Part shown: in pieces, positions 59,960 through 64,000 of the stretch
How the letters are laid out: the number at the start of each line of letters is the position of its first letter
Position numbering within the stretch: the first letter of the stretch is position 1
The notes under the pieces: model-generated
What the model saw: only the letters and a program-made list of their open reading frames with translations
Told to the model about the DNA's origin: nothing
Databases searched by the model: none
Position numbers and translations under genes: made by a program
Source of the DNA: Macrostomum lignano
Lineage: Eukaryota
Assembly: GCA_002269645.1 (NCBI GenBank)
Contig: NIVC01002404.1
Location: forward strand, 113,495-177,494
Length of the DNA stretch: 64,000 nt
Direction: 5' to 3'

Positions 59960-61319
59960 ATTACTGAGCTTGAGAGGCTGCACAATAAATGTAGTTACTG
60001 TTGTTGTTACTGTGGCCCAGCTAAGCTCTTAAAAGCTCTCAGGCAGTCGACGACAGATATTTCCAAGAACAATAGCGTCTGCGATATTTTTGTATGCCGA
60101 GTTGCTGTGCTAGTGCTTCGAAAATTGAAGGCGTTTAGAATGTTTCAAATATACTATACTGTTGCTATTGGAAACGACATTTCCGCTTAATAATCAAGCC
60201 AAAGTTGCCACCTGTTTTGAAATAGTTCGATCGCTAGCTACTATGTTTTTATTAGAGGCAGGGCGCTGTGTGAGAACCGGCGAGAGGCATTACTCTCACT
60301 CTGAGCAGGCACACAAGCGCGCGGATACGTACGCAGTCATACGCACAGGCACACACTCACACAGGAGTGTACAGCGGCCCTGACTTTATTTATCGTTAGG
60401 CATGTACACTTCACTGTGCCTTGGGGTTTGGCCTTCAAGGGCCTTAATTGCACGAGCAGATTTCAATTTGGTCACAAATTAATGTGACTGCACTTGGAAT
60501 CAAGCCTGGGCCCCCAAATTATTATAGCTACTAATAGTAGGAATAAAAAGTCTTATGCTTTTAATTTCTGCTGCAATCGAACTCCACTTAACTATCTGAA
60601 ATAGAATTCTCTAATAACTGTTGCAGTGAAATTTTTATGTTTTTCCGAGAAAGACTTGCGTATCCCAATCCCAGTTTAATCACGGAGCACAAATTGTTTC
60701 AGCATTGGGTCTGCCAAATCTATCTAGCAGAAAAGATTATTTACCGCGTCTCAGAGCCAAGAGCACTCAGCTAGATTAAAAATTCAGCTCCATGAGCTCG
60801 GGAAATCTTCTTAAATTGCAGGCTTCCGTCCTCCCTCAATGCTATTGTCATCCACTAGAATAAATATTGAGCTTCCCAGGGTTCATATCTATCTACTTTA
60901 GGACATTGTGAAGTGATAAAAAGCGCCCTCTCGTACTAAATGCAGTTCTCGCGACTCATAGTGGCGTACCGGAGTACTTTGGTACTCACAGGTTACCTGG
61001 TGGCCGATGCAGCAATCCGAGTGACGACCCTTATAAATCGATTTACCTGCGATTTCTGGCTCAGTGCACTTCAGCCTACAATTGGGAATTGGGTAGGCAG
61101 TGGAGAGTTGAAAGGAAAATGTAAGAGAAAGGTAAAGAAGATTAGAGGTGAGCCAATTCCTGTGTAAACGGATCTGATAATAATGGAAATTAGTACACAA
61201 GCTGCATGTAGAACTTCGTATTAAAATCCTGTCTCTAAACTATGTTGAAAATAACTGTTTGAAATAATTTGAGATTACACCTGAGCAGGTTAAGCTTATT
61301 TGGTAATTCGAGGTTAGTA

Positions 61320-61795
61320 CTTAATAATAATAATAATAATAGTTACGCCCCACGCCAGCCACAGAAGAGCCAAAAGGGGGGAGCGTCAAATCGCGCGTTT
61401 CAGAGCTAGGTCTCTAATGTGCTTCACACGGCCGCCTGGCTGGGTGCTCGCGCATCTTCAAAAAGGCGGTCGACGTAGCGGGCTGATCGTCCCTGGCCAC
61501 GCCTGCGCGGTCCCTGCGGTGTCCACAACAGGACGTCCTGCAGCGGCTCTGGGCAGTAAGCTTCGGCCCGGATGACATGTCCGGCCAGCCGCAGGCGCCG
61601 CTGACTCAGCAGGGCAGAAGGCCGCGTCAGGCCTGTGCGCTTGTACAGGGACTCGGTTGTCTCACTGCCAGGGCCGCGGCGGGCGCCGAGAGCGGCGCGG
61701 ACTAGGGCCGCATGTGCCGCGTCGAGCTGCGCCTCAAGCGCCCCGGTCAGCGTCCAGGTCTCAGCATTGTACTGCAGGGCGGTCTCAACAACAAC
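61320..61795 (-). mobile_element. RTE-clade LINE 3' fragment (another subfamily)
   Basis: VVETALQYNAETWTLT...RRLRLAGHVIRAEAYCPEPLQDVLLW; (TTA)n tail at about 61321-61341. Confidence 0.9.
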
Positions 61796-62682
61796 ATAAA
61801 CCCGCGGCTGCCTTCTGCTCGTAAGTTTATGCACTTTAGTCATACAAAAATAATGCTTTCTGCGAATCAATGGGTTTGCTAGTTTCAATGGACCACGATC
61901 GCTAACGTTTTTTTGGATTGAAACAAGATCATTGTTGTAAAAAATTCAGGGATATTCTTGAGCGTATCCCTGAAAGAGTTTGGTTGCTAAAAGCGAGTGT
62001 TTAAGTACCATTCACTATCGGGCTTGAGAGCTAATAGATCAGTAAAGCGGTTATATTTTTTTACAAAAGCAGATTCCCTATTGATTTCGCTTTTCGAAGG
62101 TGCCATTAAAACACGCCTTGCCCTGAGCTCACTCTATGACTAACGATCAGAAAAAAGAATCAGACGGCTTGGAAGCATCATCAAAGAATGGAAAGAGTGC
62201 AACTTTTGTTGGCGAAATGTCTAACTGGAAAAAAATCGTTTATTGTCACTCGCTTGTGGCCTGCTGTTGCCGCTCACTGGCACGTGGTGAAGAATCAGCA
62301 TCCGGCTGGTGTCTCCGCTGTACGTGACTGTGTGAATAAAATTATCACGTACAGTTCACGTCATTCACGATGGCTCTATACTGACTGCTTTGTGCTACTG
62401 AGTATTTGCTCTTGTCTGTTACCAGCGTTGCAAGCAGGCTCTCGTACTATATAAAATATATCGATAAACTTTTGTAAAAAATAATGCGTGCAACGAAGCG
62501 ATTTGATATGTTTAAATAGGACTACAGGCAATTAATTGGTCAGAAACACACGGAACCAAGGCTGCTGGCATTAGTTGATTAGGCAGGATTACGAAGGACT
62601 TTTATAGGGTTAGAAAACTTGTTCGATCAAAGATTACAGTAACTTCTGATGATGACGTCATGGCTAAAATAAGCTGCAGTTT

Positions 62683-63641
62683 TTAACCACGTCGTCGACG
62701 AAGCAGCTTCCGAACGGCAGCCTCACGCAGGCGCTGGTTGGTGGCGAGCATGAGCAGCGGATTGCAGGCGCTGTTGCTGACCGCCATGAGGAACAGCAGG
62801 CGGGTCATTGTGAGCAGCCGGGGCACCAGCAGGTTACACAGGGTCACCAGAATGATCGGGCCCCAGCGCTAGAAACAGGCACCAAGTGATGAAGAGGCTT
62901 CGAGCCAGCCTAGTTGCTGAGCTACGCGACTCTTTCGCCTTGCCGCCGACTCCGCTTCCGCCTGTCGTCGTAGCGACGGCTGGTGAGCTAGCGTCGCCTC
63001 CGACCGCCTTCTGCGACCGTCGGTAGGCCACGTAGATGCCGATGTAGCAGCCCAGAGAGACGCCGAGCGCTGGGAAGCCAACGGCCAGACAGCCGAAGCC
63101 CAGGATGTAGTAGTAGCTGGGCTGGTGGTTCGACAAGAACAGACAGGCGCCGAACGCTTCGTTCAGGCCGTAGCGGCCGAGCCCGAGCAGGGGCGGCAGG
63201 GCGAACAAGGCCGGCACCAGCCAGACGAGGACCAGGCTGATCGCCACGCCACGACGATTGAAGATTTTGTTGAACGTCGACTGCGAGCGAGCGATAAACA
63301 GTAGCGATTGGCCGCCACCAGGGCCATGTTGTAGAGGCTGGTCTCGAGTAACAGCATCCCGGCGTAGGCCAGCACCACGCAGCAGTGGACGCAGCACGCT
63401 GACATGTCGAAGTCGAACCTGGTCGACTGCCAGCGTAGTTCGCTAACAGACCCGGTGTGGTCACGGTCGAGACGAGAAAGTCTACCACAGCCTGGTTGGC
63501 CAAGTAGACGTTCGGGGTGATGTGCAGCTGGCGGTGGTGGCGATGGTGAGGGTGATGACGGCGTTGCCGGCGGCTCCAAAGCAGATGGCCAGAGCTGAGC
63601 GGGGGGGAGCGATTGCATTCAATAAGAGGCGGTTTCGGCAT
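62683..63641 (-). pseudogene. Class A (rhodopsin-like) GPCR, melatonin-receptor-like, intronless, with at least 4 frameshifts (pseudogene or assembly errors)
   Basis: TM1 GAAGNAVI; TM2 NVYLANQAVVDFLVS; TM3 SLYNMALVAANRYC; TM4 VLVWLVP; TM5 FPALGVSLGCYIGIY; TM6 CWGPIIL; TM7 SNSACNPLLM. These motifs are spread over three reading frames with no internal stop in the stitched frame. Confidence 0.85.
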
Positions 63642-64000
63642 CAGATCAGGGCGCTTCGATTAAGTCTGCATTGTTTTTTGGCTGCTTTTGCATGTAATTG
63701 TTTAAAGCTAATCTACGAGGGATGCTACAACATTTTCCGAAGTAATGCTAGCCATATGAGCAATTTAACATCAGAAATTCGAAAGTGACCAACAGTCAAT
63801 TATATTTATCATGCCATAAAATTTTGCAGAGTTCTGTGAATTTTAGGGACCAACGCTATGATGATAATTTTATGACTAGGATCGAATAATTACAAAATAC
63901 GATTTGAGACCATGCCACAGGAACTTGAGCCGTGACTTTTGAGCCGTGACTCTTGAGCCACGGTCACTAATTTTCCGCCAACATAATTACCGAACCCCCG

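Noticed and set aside
61045-61080. Possible ~30-nt minus-strand mini-exon (TAG|GCTGAAG...CGCAG|GTAAAT)
   Set aside because: The splice signals are canonical but I could not link it to any gene model without transcript data.

Overview
Eukaryotic (metazoan) genomic window. Short GT-AG introns, GC-rich exons and very dense intronic tandem repeats suggest a flatworm such as Macrostomum, but the organism is an inference. I rebuilt the spliced gene models by hand from splice sites and reading-frame phase. All eight protein-coding loci lie on the minus strand: cathepsin B (3 exons); an IA-2/PTPRN-type receptor pseudophosphatase (16 exons, most larger introns filled by a different minisatellite); three tandem intronless paralogues encoding ~860-890 aa type I membrane proteins; a 14-exon MFS transporter of bacterial-like type; a 3-exon orphan gene; and a frameshifted class A GPCR. 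Interspersed elements include four copies of a tRNA-derived SINE (two interrupted by the same MITE), RTE-clade LINE fragments and a Penelope-type hammerhead-like motif. The best candidate for an undescribed system is the intronless receptor triplet (27.2-46.6 kb). Each copy has an unrecognised Cys-patterned N-terminal region, two Ig-like domains and an L1/neuroglian-like juxtamembrane tail. One Ig-like segment appears to have been recently homogenised between two paralogues, making the middle gene a mosaic.
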